60,501 bases of DNA. It comes from a virus (lineage: Duplodnaviria > Caudoviricetes). The position numbers and the translations under genes are program-made. Each line of letters starts with the position of its first letter. Positions within the stretch are counted from its first letter, which is position 1. Under the pieces are notes generated by a model. That model was not told the origin of the DNA. It made no database searches and worked only from the letters and a program-made list of their open reading frames with translations. The DNA is taken from positions 1 to 60,501 of IMG/VR virus record IMGVR_UViG_3300028189_000001; one strand, 5' to 3'. This document shows positions 25,096 to 35,454 of this stretch, piece by piece.

Positions 25096-26817
25096 TTACT
25101 GACGCTCTGCATTCAGGTCTATTTTGTTTCCTACTGCTCCTGATGTATCATAGTTCTTTACTTCAACATATTTATCCTTATTATATGGTATAAAAGGTTT
25201 TAAGGCAGACATTAGGGCTTTCTTTTTATTCTGTATACTGTAGTCATCCTCACCTAAACTCCATAGGATATCACCGTCTTCTTTCACACTTACACCATTC
25301 TGTTGGTCTACGTTCAGCCCTTTAATTTCTAAGCTGCGAATCAATGTTGCAATATTATTTTTTATATTTTCATAATCTTCACCCTTTTTAATCAAGGCAT
25401 CCTTCCAGTTAGCATCAAAGGTTCTCTCTGTAGATTCATCTTTAGTTAGGGTATGGTTGTATTTATCAGGAGAATAGCCAGAGCTTGTTGTATTAAATTC
25501 TTTATTACTCATGTGTTTAGCCAATACTTGATTAAAATCAGAACTGTTAGTAATAAGATTTGCCAATTCCATTAAGAAGTTTTCCTTAGTTTTTAACTGA
25601 CCACTTCCATCCTTAAATGCTATAGTTACAGCAGGAGAGCCATCGCTTGGTACAACATAAACACCCTCTTCAGTTCTCTTTATAAATTTAGCTTTACCAT
25701 CCTTTATGTTTGCTAAGTATGTAGCTGCTGACGTAACACTTTGATTATCTCCAAACCATAAAATGTCTAGATTAGATACCATGTCTATTGCTTTTACCTC
25801 TCCTCGAGATAGTTTTTCTTCTATATCTTTAGGTATCGTTTTTTTATATTCTTTTTGGGACGTCTCCGAAAGCTCTAGAACTTCTTTGAAATGATTGGAT
25901 ATAGCTTCCTTATGTTCCTCTGACAGCTTAACTCCTTCCTCTATCACATTCTCAGGGTTCCAATAAATATACTGACTTCCTGTTTTTTCACGGTCAGTTG
26001 TTAATTCATAAGCTATACCCTCCTCTGTTGTGCCTATATAATTTATAAGTATATCCACGCCATTTAAACCATTGGTTCCTATTTCTGCTGTAACTAAAGA
26101 ATCAAAGGCTTTTTGAAAATCTTGAATCGCCTTTTTATCTGTCTTTTTAAATAGATATTCTTGACTCCCGTAATTTTCTCTAATATATTTAACTGTGCTG
26201 CCTATACCATTTTTTATTGTTGTAACTCCTGACTTATAGTTATACCCATCATATTCTATGCTATTCATTTTCATTATATACTCAGGAACTATTTTATCAT
26301 TTGTTACCGTGTTCACTAAGTAAAACCCACCATCATCGTGAGACCGAACTTCCAAATTCTCAGGATTAGCATTATCAAGTTGCCACCCTAAAATAGCTTG
26401 CTCTATAGGATTAGCTCCTTCAGCACCTCTTTGAGTTACATTACTAATATGCGTTTGAGCACCCTCACCCATTCCAAAGTATCCCTCAACACCAGAAGTA
26501 TTGTTATCAATGATTCTATTAAACTTAGAAGATGTTATTTCACCAGCTTGAAATCTTCTTAAAGCTTCTCCGTTAGACTCCACAATATGGTCTGAAATTT
26601 TATGATTAAGATTATTGATATGGTTGGATGAAGTCATACCTTTACCATAATCCTCGGCTGTCTTTGTAGCTTTATCTGCTTTTCCTTCAAGTTCTTGCTT
26701 GTACTTTTCCCAGCCTATTCCAGCGTCTGTGATACCTCTACCTAATTTGGATATAGCACCACCTATATCGGCTAAGTCTTTGCCTTCTCTTTCTTTGTAT
26801 TTATAGTATGTAGCCAT
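25096..26817 (-). CDS. Putative internal (ejected) virion protein
   Basis: Position between the nozzle region and the giant protein. Confidence 0.55.
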   Translation of the reverse strand: MATYYKYKEREGKDLADIGGAISKLGRGITDAGIGWEKYKQELEGKADKATKTAEDYGKGMTSSNHINNLNHKISDHIVESNGEALRRFQAGEITSSKFNRIIDNNTSGVEGYFGMGEGAQTHISNVTQRGAEGANPIEQAILGWQLDNANPENLEVRSHDDGGFYLVNTVTNDKIVPEYIMKMNSIEYDGYNYKSGVTTIKNGIGSTVKYIRENYGSQEYLFKKTDKKAIQDFQKAFDSLVTAEIGTNGLNGVDILINYIGTTEEGIAYELTTDREKTGSQYIYWNPENVIEEGVKLSEEHKEAISNHFKEVLELSETSQKEYKKTIPKDIEEKLSRGEVKAIDMVSNLDILWFGDNQSVTSAATYLANIKDGKAKFIKRTEEGVYVVPSDGSPAVTIAFKDGSGQLKTKENFLMELANLITNSSDFNQVLAKHMSNKEFNTTSSGYSPDKYNHTLTKDESTERTFDANWKDALIKKGEDYENIKNNIATLIRSLEIKGLNVDQQNGVSVKEDGDILWSLGEDDYSIQNKKKALMSALKPFIPYNKDKYVEVKNYDTSGAVGNKIDLNAERQ

Positions 26818-27459
26818 TTATTCGTCTTCTTTTTGTTGAATCAAGAAATTGTTATTTATTGCGTCATATGCCTTAAAAGTTTTATCCCAATCCATTTTAC
26901 CAATTTTCCCCTTATTAACAAATCCTGAACCTATGGCTACGGCTCCTCCTAGTGCTTGCATACCACTTTCCATTGCTTGAGACTCATATGCTGCTTGAGC
27001 TTTAGCTGCTTCTGCTGCCGCAACTTGAGCACCTTCGGCTTCTTGTAAATCTATTTTAGATTTTTCAGACATAAGCCTAGCTTCCTCCGAGGCTACTGTT
27101 TTTTCTAAGCCTAAAGCTTCTTGACCCATTGCCGATTGTATTTGCTGCTGCTGCTTGTTTTGAGCCATCTGCACTCTACCTGCTGTAGCTGCCGCACCTC
27201 TTACATCACCCTCCTGTGCTGCTTGTAAAGCCATCTTACCTTGAGCAAGAGAAGCTTCCCTTGCTAATTCGTATGGCTCTTTCTTAATAGAGAGGGCTTC
27301 ATATACATTAACATCTAACTTTGACTTAGCTTCTTCCATTGCATTTTCAGCAGCTTTATTAGCCTGCCTTTTCAATCTTTTTTGTTTTTGTGCTAGAGCA
27401 TAACTTGTTGCCGCTCCTATAGCCGCAACTGCTACACCACCTACTACTATTCCTGCCAT
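26818..27459 (-). CDS. Putative internal virion/DNA-ejection protein
   Basis: Hydrophobic Gly/Ala N-terminus and Ala/Gln-rich helix. Confidence 0.6.
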   Translation of the reverse strand: MAGIVVGGVAVAAIGAATSYALAQKQKRLKRQANKAAENAMEEAKSKLDVNVYEALSIKKEPYELAREASLAQGKMALQAAQEGDVRGAAATAGRVQMAQNKQQQQIQSAMGQEALGLEKTVASEEARLMSEKSKIDLQEAEGAQVAAAEAAKAQAAYESQAMESGMQALGGAVAIGSGFVNKGKIGKMDWDKTFKAYDAINNNFLIQQKEDE

Positions 27460-27983
27460 AATTGTTTTTTTATTATTGAAGATGGCAATTTTCTAAAGTC
27501 TGTTGTATAAACCTCTTTCTCTGCCTCCTCTATTGTTTTTGCATCTGTTTTGTATACGCATACCCAAGTAACATCTGAATGCATATAAGCCACTCTCTGT
27601 GTTCCGAGTTCAGTCATTACTTTCATTGGTGCTTTAATTCTTTCTACCTCTCCTGTATCTGTTAATATAGACATTTCTCCTTTTAAAAAAAAAGAAGGAT
27701 GGTTTTGTTTATGGATATAGCTAACAACGAAAGACCCTTGAGGCATAGACACCTCTCTTGTATACAAACCATCTTTTAAGTCGTGCTTAGTAGGGAACAA
27801 TTCCTCATGTTCCTTTGTGCCATTAACAGCCATCCCCTCTATGTCTTCTAGTTGTAATCTGAATTCATTTATATCTTCATACAACATACCTCTATCCTTA
27901 TGAACGGTACTGAGTATTATCTCAGCCTGCTCCCTTATTAAAGAGGATTTATATTTCTTTATAATATTCTTTATAAATTTCAC
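27447..27983 (-). CDS. Cupin-fold protein
   Basis: GLYTRE..MPQG...IHKQNH...LKGEM...GTQRVAY; start moved to GTG 27983 because a promoter box lies at 27988-27995. Confidence 0.65.
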   Translation of the reverse strand: MKFIKNIIKKYKSSLIREQAEIILSTVHKDRGMLYEDINEFRLQLEDIEGMAVNGTKEHEELFPTKHDLKDGLYTREVSMPQGSFVVSYIHKQNHPSFFLKGEMSILTDTGEVERIKAPMKVMTELGTQRVAYMHSDVTWVCVYKTDAKTIEEAEKEVYTTDFRKLPSSIIKKQLWQE

Positions 27984-27987
27984 ACAA

Positions 27988-27995
27988 CAAAGATA
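27988..27995 (-). promoter_or_regulatory. -7 box TATCTTTG
   Basis: Matches TAnnTTTG; immediately upstream of the cupin/ejection operon. Confidence 0.6.
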
Positions 27996-28003
27996 CAAAA
28001 ATA

Positions 28004-28756
28004 TTATGGATTACTTTTCATAACATTAGATTCTATAGCAAAAAGTTCAGTCCTTGTTGTTGAGGAGTTTTCTAAAGCCACGTTTATATAGTGACCCAAC
28101 ACTCCCTGAGACTCAGCCTCTACGTTTTTGGCTACAAGAACCATAGCTCCATTTTTTATCTGTTGGTCTGAAATATGGCTTGTTTGAACAGTAACGCTAG
28201 TATCAGTCTTAGCTGTAATAGTTCCTGCTGATACAGGTACATACGAAGGAGATTCTGCGTAAAGAACTGTGTCTCCAATACTTATAATAGTATCAACACT
28301 GTTAAGATTACAGGTTTCAAAGAATCCAACCTTATCTATAGAGCTTGGCACACCCAATCCTTGTACACTTCTTACATCATAACTGTTTGTGTTTACATTC
28401 CTTATGAATGCATACCAAGTATTCTCTTTCTTTTTAAACCAAGCTGCGTCTATAGTTCCTACATTGTCTGTGTCAGAAGTAACCCCAATACTCCAAGCCG
28501 TGTCAGACTCCAAAGATAAAGTCTTAAATAATTTTTGCTCAAAAGGATTTTGATTTATAACTGTATCAATAGTAGAGTTATATTGAGTACCATAAAAATT
28601 ATTATAAGTAGAATTCTTGTCATGCTCCCAAATGTTTCCACCTTTAAAAGAGTAAAACCTACCATTCATACCTAACATTCTGTCAGGCACATAAGAGAAA
28701 AAAGAAGTCCATCCTTTGTTCTCTTGACTATATGCTAATGTTTTGTTATTTGCCAT
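28004..28756 (-). CDS. Tail nozzle/stabilization protein, C-terminal-like part
   Basis: TLAYSQENKGWTSFFSYVPD, YNNFYG, KLFKTL.LES, FKKKENTWY, TELFA. Confidence 0.6.
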   Translation of the reverse strand: MANNKTLAYSQENKGWTSFFSYVPDRMLGMNGRFYSFKGGNIWEHDKNSTYNNFYGTQYNSTIDTVINQNPFEQKLFKTLSLESDTAWSIGVTSDTDNVGTIDAAWFKKKENTWYAFIRNVNTNSYDVRSVQGLGVPSSIDKVGFFETCNLNSVDTIISIGDTVLYAESPSYVPVSAGTITAKTDTSVTVQTSHISDQQIKNGAMVLVAKNVEAESQGVLGHYINVALENSSTTRTELFAIESNVMKSNP

Positions 28757-28765
28757 ATCTATATA

Positions 28766-29695
28766 TTAAGGAGCTTCACAATCAATTATTTCTACTATAA
28801 CCCCATTCGCCACCCTATAAGCATTTTGGTCTCCTTGCTGACCAAACCACCCATTACTAACAGCAGTTACTCCATTAGCATCAGTGAACACCCAGTCATA
28901 TAACCCTAAATCCAAAGGTGCTTTACCGTTTACATATGCCACATAAAAGTTTTCATAGTATACAGAAGAAAGGCAGGCTAAGTTTGAGGTTGACTGAATG
29001 CCTGTTGTAACCATCATATCTAATGCTTGAGGACATCCTAATTCCATACTCCAATTGGAAGAGGCACTGTTAATAACCTCAATTGTTAATTGGCTATCAG
29101 TTGAGGTAGGTTTAGGTACAATACAGTAATAGGCTAGCGAAGGTACTGTAACACTAGAACTATAAGACTCGTCTCCTGTTTGAAATGAGTAACTTAAGTT
29201 ACTGCCTGAATCCACCCAAGCACTTCCGTTCCATGTGTATATATCATATGATACAGGAGAGTGAGACGGAACAGTTGGGTGAGCATAAGAATCATCACCA
29301 ACTAAAACAAAGTTCCCTGAGTTGGATGTGTTGTGATATCCGTCATACTTAGCAGACAGTGCCGTGTAAGTAACCCCCTCGTATATAGCCCTAAACCCAT
29401 CTGCTACTAATCCTACATCAAACTTAATAACAATAGCACCTGTTGTATTGCCCATCATAATTTCATTTCTGTATACAACATTTAAACCACCTGTTGCTGA
29501 GTACTCAACATCACAAGGGTCACCGCAATCAGGACAAGGTACAGCAGGTTGTAAGTACCCACTTACCTGCCTTCTGGATATTGTGCCTGAAGAGTAATAT
29601 CCATCAGTCGCTTTAGTGGTCAGAGCTGCATCGGTGAAAACCGATAAAGCATCTGCTAAAGTATTTCCATCTAAATAATATTTTGTTGCTGCCAT
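28766..29695 (-). CDS. Virion structural/tail-associated protein
   Basis: VFTDAALTT.A.DGYY repeat-like motifs, Cys pairs. Confidence 0.55.
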   Translation of the reverse strand: MAATKYYLDGNTLADALSVFTDAALTTKATDGYYSSGTISRRQVSGYLQPAVPCPDCGDPCDVEYSATGGLNVVYRNEIMMGNTTGAIVIKFDVGLVADGFRAIYEGVTYTALSAKYDGYHNTSNSGNFVLVGDDSYAHPTVPSHSPVSYDIYTWNGSAWVDSGSNLSYSFQTGDESYSSSVTVPSLAYYCIVPKPTSTDSQLTIEVINSASSNWSMELGCPQALDMMVTTGIQSTSNLACLSSVYYENFYVAYVNGKAPLDLGLYDWVFTDANGVTAVSNGWFGQQGDQNAYRVANGVIVEIIDCEAP

Positions 29696-32600
29696 TATAA
29701 TATAAATGTATAATCATTAATTAAATCATTCCTTTCGTTCTCAGTCCTAGTTTTAACATCAGCATCAACCTCGTTATAAGCACTTACTAAGTGAGATTGT
29801 ATTTGGGTGTTCAGATTGTCTGGACTAGTTCCGTAAACTGTCCATCTTCCATCACCTAAGTCTACAGTCGATGGATATAACTCTGCAAAGGTATCTAAGT
29901 CTATTCCTTCAGCTATGTTGTCATCCCTATTATCTTGATTGGAAAGAGGAAGGTATTGGTCAAAACTAGCATAGTATCTGTCAGAAGTAATTCCTGTTTG
30001 AATAGGTATCTTAAACCCTACATATTCAGTAATGAATTTTTCTTCTGTGTCACTGTCCTCCCATCTAACCTGTCCAAAATAAAAGCTCTCACAAGTTAAG
30101 TTCTGTGATATAGTTTGGCAATCACAACAAGCGTCTTCAGGCAGCGTAGAATCATAACACAAATAATTAGGTACTGACTCTCTTAAATCCCACACAAAAT
30201 ACAGGTGTGAACCTGTGGTGGGCATAGTAAAGTCAGCATAGTATCTATCAGTTCCACTAACATTCTCTATTGGAGAAGCTTGTGTAGAGCTGGTTAGTAG
30301 TGATGTTATATCTGTGTCGTTATTACCATACGCAGTATTGGTTCTCATATACCTAAACTTGTGCATATTATGACGGAACGTAAATGTATCTCCATCTTGT
30401 TGGTCTGCAATAATAGAAACTGTTGCACCATCCGCAGGAATATATCCGCCTCCTTGGTTCCCTGTAAAAGAGTTGTAAAAAGAGACCACGGGTGATGTTG
30501 GGCTTGAAGCCATTGTTACAAAGTTGGAATGCAATGGGGAAACAAAGCTCCCATCAGTCCATCTGTAGTTAGCATGTATAGTCTCTCCAACATAATTACC
30601 GTTGGACACCACTACATTTACAACCGTAATTTCCTCAGCCAAAGGACAGTCTATCATCACTCCCACTATAGCAGTTCCTGTTGTTGTGGTTAGCTCAACA
30701 TCTACAGTTGATACTGATACAATATTTTTATCAAAAGTATAACCTCGTCCTGCTGGTGTGCTTGCTGTACGGCTGGTTGTAATACTATTATATGTCGTAT
30801 CTATAGTTACGCTACCCTCAGTGCTAATTAAATCCCAATTAACCCGTGCGTTACCAACAAGGTCTCCCAAGTCAACACACAGATTCACAGGAGTTCCTGC
30901 GGTAACTGTAAACGTTTTATACACACCACAATCTACACAAGATTCTATAACAGGCTTCTCTTGACTGTTAGTTGAAAGTATGTATTGGTCGTTAAACATA
31001 TCATAACCGCCTACCTTTTCTGTGTTGAAATAATCCGACATCATATCCTTAAAGTATCCATCCATACCTTCGTTAGATATAACTGTTAATACTTCATTAG
31101 AGTATGCTCCACCTACCAAGCTGAGTACCGCCCCTCTCTTTGCGTCTGTAAAAAACTTACTAGCTCCATATGTTGCAAAGCTTTCAGGGTGATTACTTAT
31201 ACCATACTCCTCTAGTCTTGCTAGCTGCGTTCCAAACACCTCAGGTATAGAGGCTATTGTTCCACCTGCGGCTGCATCTGATAATAAATTTTTACCTGCT
31301 AGTACATAGGATATTTTATCCTCTTGCAGCACAAGTATATCTGTTTGTCTTCCTACAATCTTCATAATCCTTCCAAAGGAATCTTCTAAAGACTTGAAGT
31401 TTAACAATCCCATATTAAACACATTGAGTCTGTTTAAGTTTGACTCATCATTATATACACCGCTATAAGTTAAGTCAGCGAATCTATCTGCCTGCTTGTA
31501 ATCCTGTTCTGATACGGTGGTTACTCTGTTGCCTAATCTTAACTGTCTACCGTCAATTGCGTCTCTAACCTTAAAAGATTCTACTCCATTACCAAAGGCA
31601 TAACAATTGAAAAACTCTGTATCTATAATGGCTGATGTAAATGTGCTTATGTCTTGGTTTTGAACATTACCTGAATGATTACCACTAGAGTCTATGGAGT
31701 AAGACACTGAATCCTCATACCATATATCAGGATTGGTATCACTAGGTTCTGTTTCAAATACAAGTGTTGAGTTATTTCTGTAGATAGTTATAGAAACATT
31801 GGCACATAACCTTTTTGCTTTATTACCTGTTCCTGTTAAATCACAACTATGAGTACCTAAAACTGTTAGCATTAATTCATTGGTTGCGTTCCTGTGAAAT
31901 CCATAGAAGTTAGTCCACTGCCCATTATCGTTTGGATACCAATCCCAATAAACACCTGTGTTAGGGTTATACTCAGTATTCCACAAAGTATTTTGTAGCT
32001 CAGTAAAGAAAACATTGTCAATATTATTACTATGGTCGCTTGTTCCTGTCTGAACAATGACATCAAGATTATCCCCTACAGCCCAATCAAATATATTATC
32101 ATAATCTCTTGAGGCAAATATAGTTTTGGTTAAATCATAATTAACTTCATTACATTTTCCCTTACCCTCTCTGTCAAAATTAAATCGTAATTCTATCCTA
32201 CTTCCCTCAGGTATAGTGTAATCATACCAATCACCGTTACCGTCCTGCAAGGATGTGGTGTAGTTTATCTGAGGTCTACTCTGAGAAGCACCACAAACTT
32301 CCTCACTACCTAAAGTTACCACAGTAAGTGTATCTTTTGATACAGCAAAGTTGTTAGCCCTTACCTTCATATATACACCAGCAGGTACATAGGCATTTTC
32401 AGTAGGGTCTTGAGTGCTTGGAACGGTAATAAAGTTAGCCGCTTTTGATTCTTTTTCCAAAACGGTAGTGTAAGTGCAAGGGCTTACAGCTCCGTTTGCA
32501 TCCACCTTAACCTTTAGTCTATCTCCTGTCTCTACCTTTTTAGAGTTTTCACCGTCTAATAGTATATATGTATAACCTGTCTCTATATCAAAGAAGGATA

Positions 32601-34545
32601 TTCCTCCGTATATTGTTTCATAAAATTCCTCATTCTGTTTTGCTACAAATTTATAACGAGCAGCCCAACTAGGAGCAACCTGTTGCGAAGGTATTTCTAC
32701 CCTTGCAATATTTGATTTGTTACTGGCATTACAAGGAACGTGGATGGTATTGTTATTACTAACAAGAGCTGTTGTCGAGCGATTATATTCATCCATATAA
32801 ACAATTCCTAACTCATAATCCCTGTCGCTATGTAAACTTTTTAAGGTACTAACATCTGTATAGGTTGCTTCAGCATTACTTATTCTGAAGTACTCAATGG
32901 CTTGTTGTGTTACAGTAGTTATATTATCAACATACCTCATAGCATTTACTTGGATTATCAGCTCGTCTGTTGCTGTTGCTGAGACTGAAAATGATTCCCC
33001 CCAATTGTCTCTACCCGACTCAAGCTTGGTATATGTTCCGCTATCTAAAGTTTGAAGGCAGTTGCAGTTAAATAAATCAGTAATAGAGTATCCTAAACAA
33101 GAATTTGATACGGGTATACTGGTGGTTATTTCTTCCAAGAACTCTGAAGATGCCACCATTTCCGCTAGGCTTGTATAGTCCTTGGGCAAGACAAAAGAAA
33201 ACCCTGCTGAAACAAAAGTATTTGTATCCGTAGGAGTTACACTTCCCTCCCAGTGTTCATGTGACACCTCCATAACTAACGATATAGCTACACCTTTTAT
33301 AAGTGGTTTATTCGACAGGTCTATACTTACAGTTGACTGAGGTATCACCTCATTAGAAAACCCACCCACATTATATGTGCCATTTGACAGGTTAGATGTT
33401 ACGCTAAACGATGCAACATCTTGTGTTACTAAAGATGTATTGTACTCTAACTTAGTTTCAAAACCACTACTGTCTTTTAGGTCATAACCATCTGTGTATC
33501 CTCCGTACACTAATCTGTTTCCCATAACTGTAAGGGTCTCAGCCTTTAAAGGTACATTGTCATACAGCCTTAATATTTCCGAGTCGCTAAGCACTGTGTA
33601 TACTTTGCTATTATCAAATGTGTAAATCAGGTCTGTATTATCTGATAACCCTAACTCTTCTTTATCTAGTTTCTCTATTACCTTTATAGTGTTACTACTC
33701 ATTTCTTTGAATAGCAAATCAACTCCAACAACAAGACTACTTCCTGTATTATAAGTAATCTCCACAGCATTCGCAGAGTTTATCATTCCTTCATTAAGCC
33801 CTGAATCTATATTGTAATTAAAGTTGTTGGGAATAAAAGACGGCTGAGTGAATTGAGATGTAGCAGAATACTCACCATTTTCATAACGATATCTATAAGC
33901 AAATGATAAAAACCTATCTTCTATATAGTTATCAGAATTAGGTATGGAAATTTCTGATGTAGTTGGAGAATTAATAGGTGGTTTTTTTACTACCAACAAT
34001 TCTTCTGCTGTAAATCCATCAATATATAAATTGACATAAGGAGCATAACCTTTTTTTACATTAATAAATCTTGGTTGGTTATAGTTGTCAGTCCATAATA
34101 AAAGGTCTTCAATTTTTACCACACTGTGAATGGGATATTCTGTATTAAAATTTAAAGTAGTGGTATTTTTTGTGCCTTCCCTAGTAGATGTAAGGTGATT
34201 TGTGAGTGATTTTGTTTGAGTATTGTAAGACACAATCATATCAATCTTTCCCACAGGTCTGGTGGTGTGTGTCATCTCATCGTGTATAAACCAATATATA
34301 GTTTCGTTAGAGCCATCCTCATAGCTGCCTATAACTTTTGCATTTGAACTTAATGACACTTGATTCCAAATTATATCAGTTAGCTGAGTATTACCCATAG
34401 CGTTTTCAGCAACTCCCTGCTGCCCCCCATCATTAGAGTTAACCCTAACATTTAAAGCATCAACATACTCCCCATCCTGAATAAGACGCTCATCCAACTT
34501 CTTATTCATTTTGCCCTGTACAAAAGTTCTTTTTAATTCTGCCAT
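29695..34545 (-). CDS. Tail nozzle/stabilization protein (large)
   Basis: F.QGKMNK.LDERL..GEY.DALN, LLWTDN.NQPR.IN, FAYRYRY..GEYS, NCYAFGNGVES..VRD, EYGIS.HPES. Confidence 0.75.
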   Translation of the reverse strand: MAELKRTFVQGKMNKKLDERLIQDGEYVDALNVRVNSNDGGQQGVAENAMGNTQLTDIIWNQVSLSSNAKVIGSYEDGSNETIYWFIHDEMTHTTRPVGKIDMIVSYNTQTKSLTNHLTSTREGTKNTTTLNFNTEYPIHSVVKIEDLLLWTDNYNQPRFINVKKGYAPYVNLYIDGFTAEELLVVKKPPINSPTTSEISIPNSDNYIEDRFLSFAYRYRYENGEYSATSQFTQPSFIPNNFNYNIDSGLNEGMINSANAVEITYNTGSSLVVGVDLLFKEMSSNTIKVIEKLDKEELGLSDNTDLIYTFDNSKVYTVLSDSEILRLYDNVPLKAETLTVMGNRLVYGGYTDGYDLKDSSGFETKLEYNTSLVTQDVASFSVTSNLSNGTYNVGGFSNEVIPQSTVSIDLSNKPLIKGVAISLVMEVSHEHWEGSVTPTDTNTFVSAGFSFVLPKDYTSLAEMVASSEFLEEITTSIPVSNSCLGYSITDLFNCNCLQTLDSGTYTKLESGRDNWGESFSVSATATDELIIQVNAMRYVDNITTVTQQAIEYFRISNAEATYTDVSTLKSLHSDRDYELGIVYMDEYNRSTTALVSNNNTIHVPCNASNKSNIARVEIPSQQVAPSWAARYKFVAKQNEEFYETIYGGISFFDIETGYTYILLDGENSKKVETGDRLKVKVDANGAVSPCTYTTVLEKESKAANFITVPSTQDPTENAYVPAGVYMKVRANNFAVSKDTLTVVTLGSEEVCGASQSRPQINYTTSLQDGNGDWYDYTIPEGSRIELRFNFDREGKGKCNEVNYDLTKTIFASRDYDNIFDWAVGDNLDVIVQTGTSDHSNNIDNVFFTELQNTLWNTEYNPNTGVYWDWYPNDNGQWTNFYGFHRNATNELMLTVLGTHSCDLTGTGNKAKRLCANVSITIYRNNSTLVFETEPSDTNPDIWYEDSVSYSIDSSGNHSGNVQNQDISTFTSAIIDTEFFNCYAFGNGVESFKVRDAIDGRQLRLGNRVTTVSEQDYKQADRFADLTYSGVYNDESNLNRLNVFNMGLLNFKSLEDSFGRIMKIVGRQTDILVLQEDKISYVLAGKNLLSDAAAGGTIASIPEVFGTQLARLEEYGISNHPESFATYGASKFFTDAKRGAVLSLVGGAYSNEVLTVISNEGMDGYFKDMMSDYFNTEKVGGYDMFNDQYILSTNSQEKPVIESCVDCGVYKTFTVTAGTPVNLCVDLGDLVGNARVNWDLISTEGSVTIDTTYNSITTSRTASTPAGRGYTFDKNIVSVSTVDVELTTTTGTAIVGVMIDCPLAEEITVVNVVVSNGNYVGETIHANYRWTDGSFVSPLHSNFVTMASSPTSPVVSFYNSFTGNQGGGYIPADGATVSIIADQQDGDTFTFRHNMHKFRYMRTNTAYGNNDTDITSLLTSSTQASPIENVSGTDRYYADFTMPTTGSHLYFVWDLRESVPNYLCYDSTLPEDACCDCQTISQNLTCESFYFGQVRWEDSDTEEKFITEYVGFKIPIQTGITSDRYYASFDQYLPLSNQDNRDDNIAEGIDLDTFAELYPSTVDLGDGRWTVYGTSPDNLNTQIQSHLVSAYNEVDADVKTRTENERNDLINDYTFIL

Positions 34546-34546
34546 A

Positions 34547-35449
34547 TTACTTCAACCATTTATCTTTGTTACGCATTACTTGCATTATTTTAGACGGATG
34601 CATATCGCTAATCCTAATCTTAGCATTTCTAAGAAGTGCTGTCTTTCTTTTTCTAGCTCTATGTACAATATATTCCTGCACTCCAAGTTTTGAGTTAAGC
34701 ATTTCTGCCTCTATGTATGCGTATACATACTGTTCAAATAATTTGTTTACACCTATTGAAGAGTTGTCTCCGTTTTCCATTCCATCTGATATATACTCAA
34801 GTATACAGCTTTCTCCTAACATTTCAGAAGAGAAGTTAATAACGCCAGTCTTTTTATCTATACGAAATGTTGGGTTCATATTTGCTGTCTCAGTATTAAG
34901 ACCAAACCTTGCACCCATATTGAATTTAAAATACCAATCCCCATCTAATTCATATCCTTCCATACCATGAAATGGATTTCTAGGATTCAGGTATATACTT
35001 CTTTTAGTTCCGTCCAATCTATCTGAGTTAATCTCTGAATCAATAAGAACTACACTCCCATCTGAATTAAATATTACATCACCATCAGCTTCCTGTGAGT
35101 AAGCCTTTGCGTAATTTGTCTGAACATTTTGTGTTAACGGTCTTAATACACCATCCTTATATAAGGATATTCTAACCCAATTTACATAATCAGGAGGCAG
35201 TATAAATGTTAAGTTGTCTGTAACATTTAACTGAAGAACTTTTAATTCTCTAGCTGCATCATAGTTCAATTCCTGAATAGCTCTCTTAGCGTGGAATAGT
35301 ATTTTATATCTTTCCTCATTATTTATTAATGAGTGATTACCTGTATACATCAGCATAAAGTTGTTAACTATATCTTGCAATGATACATACTGATAGCTAC
35401 CGTGATTAGCAGCATTATCATAGTAATTCTTATCTGTAATATAACCCAT
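34547..35449 (-). CDS. Tail ring/adaptor structural protein
   Basis: ILPPDYVNWVRIS, LEYISDG, LRNAKIRIS; position after the capsid genes. Confidence 0.65.
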   Translation of the reverse strand: MGYITDKNYYDNAANHGSYQYVSLQDIVNNFMLMYTGNHSLINNEERYKILFHAKRAIQELNYDAARELKVLQLNVTDNLTFILPPDYVNWVRISLYKDGVLRPLTQNVQTNYAKAYSQEADGDVIFNSDGSVVLIDSEINSDRLDGTKRSIYLNPRNPFHGMEGYELDGDWYFKFNMGARFGLNTETANMNPTFRIDKKTGVINFSSEMLGESCILEYISDGMENGDNSSIGVNKLFEQYVYAYIEAEMLNSKLGVQEYIVHRARKRKTALLRNAKIRISDMHPSKIMQVMRNKDKWLK

Positions 35450-35454
35450 ATCTT

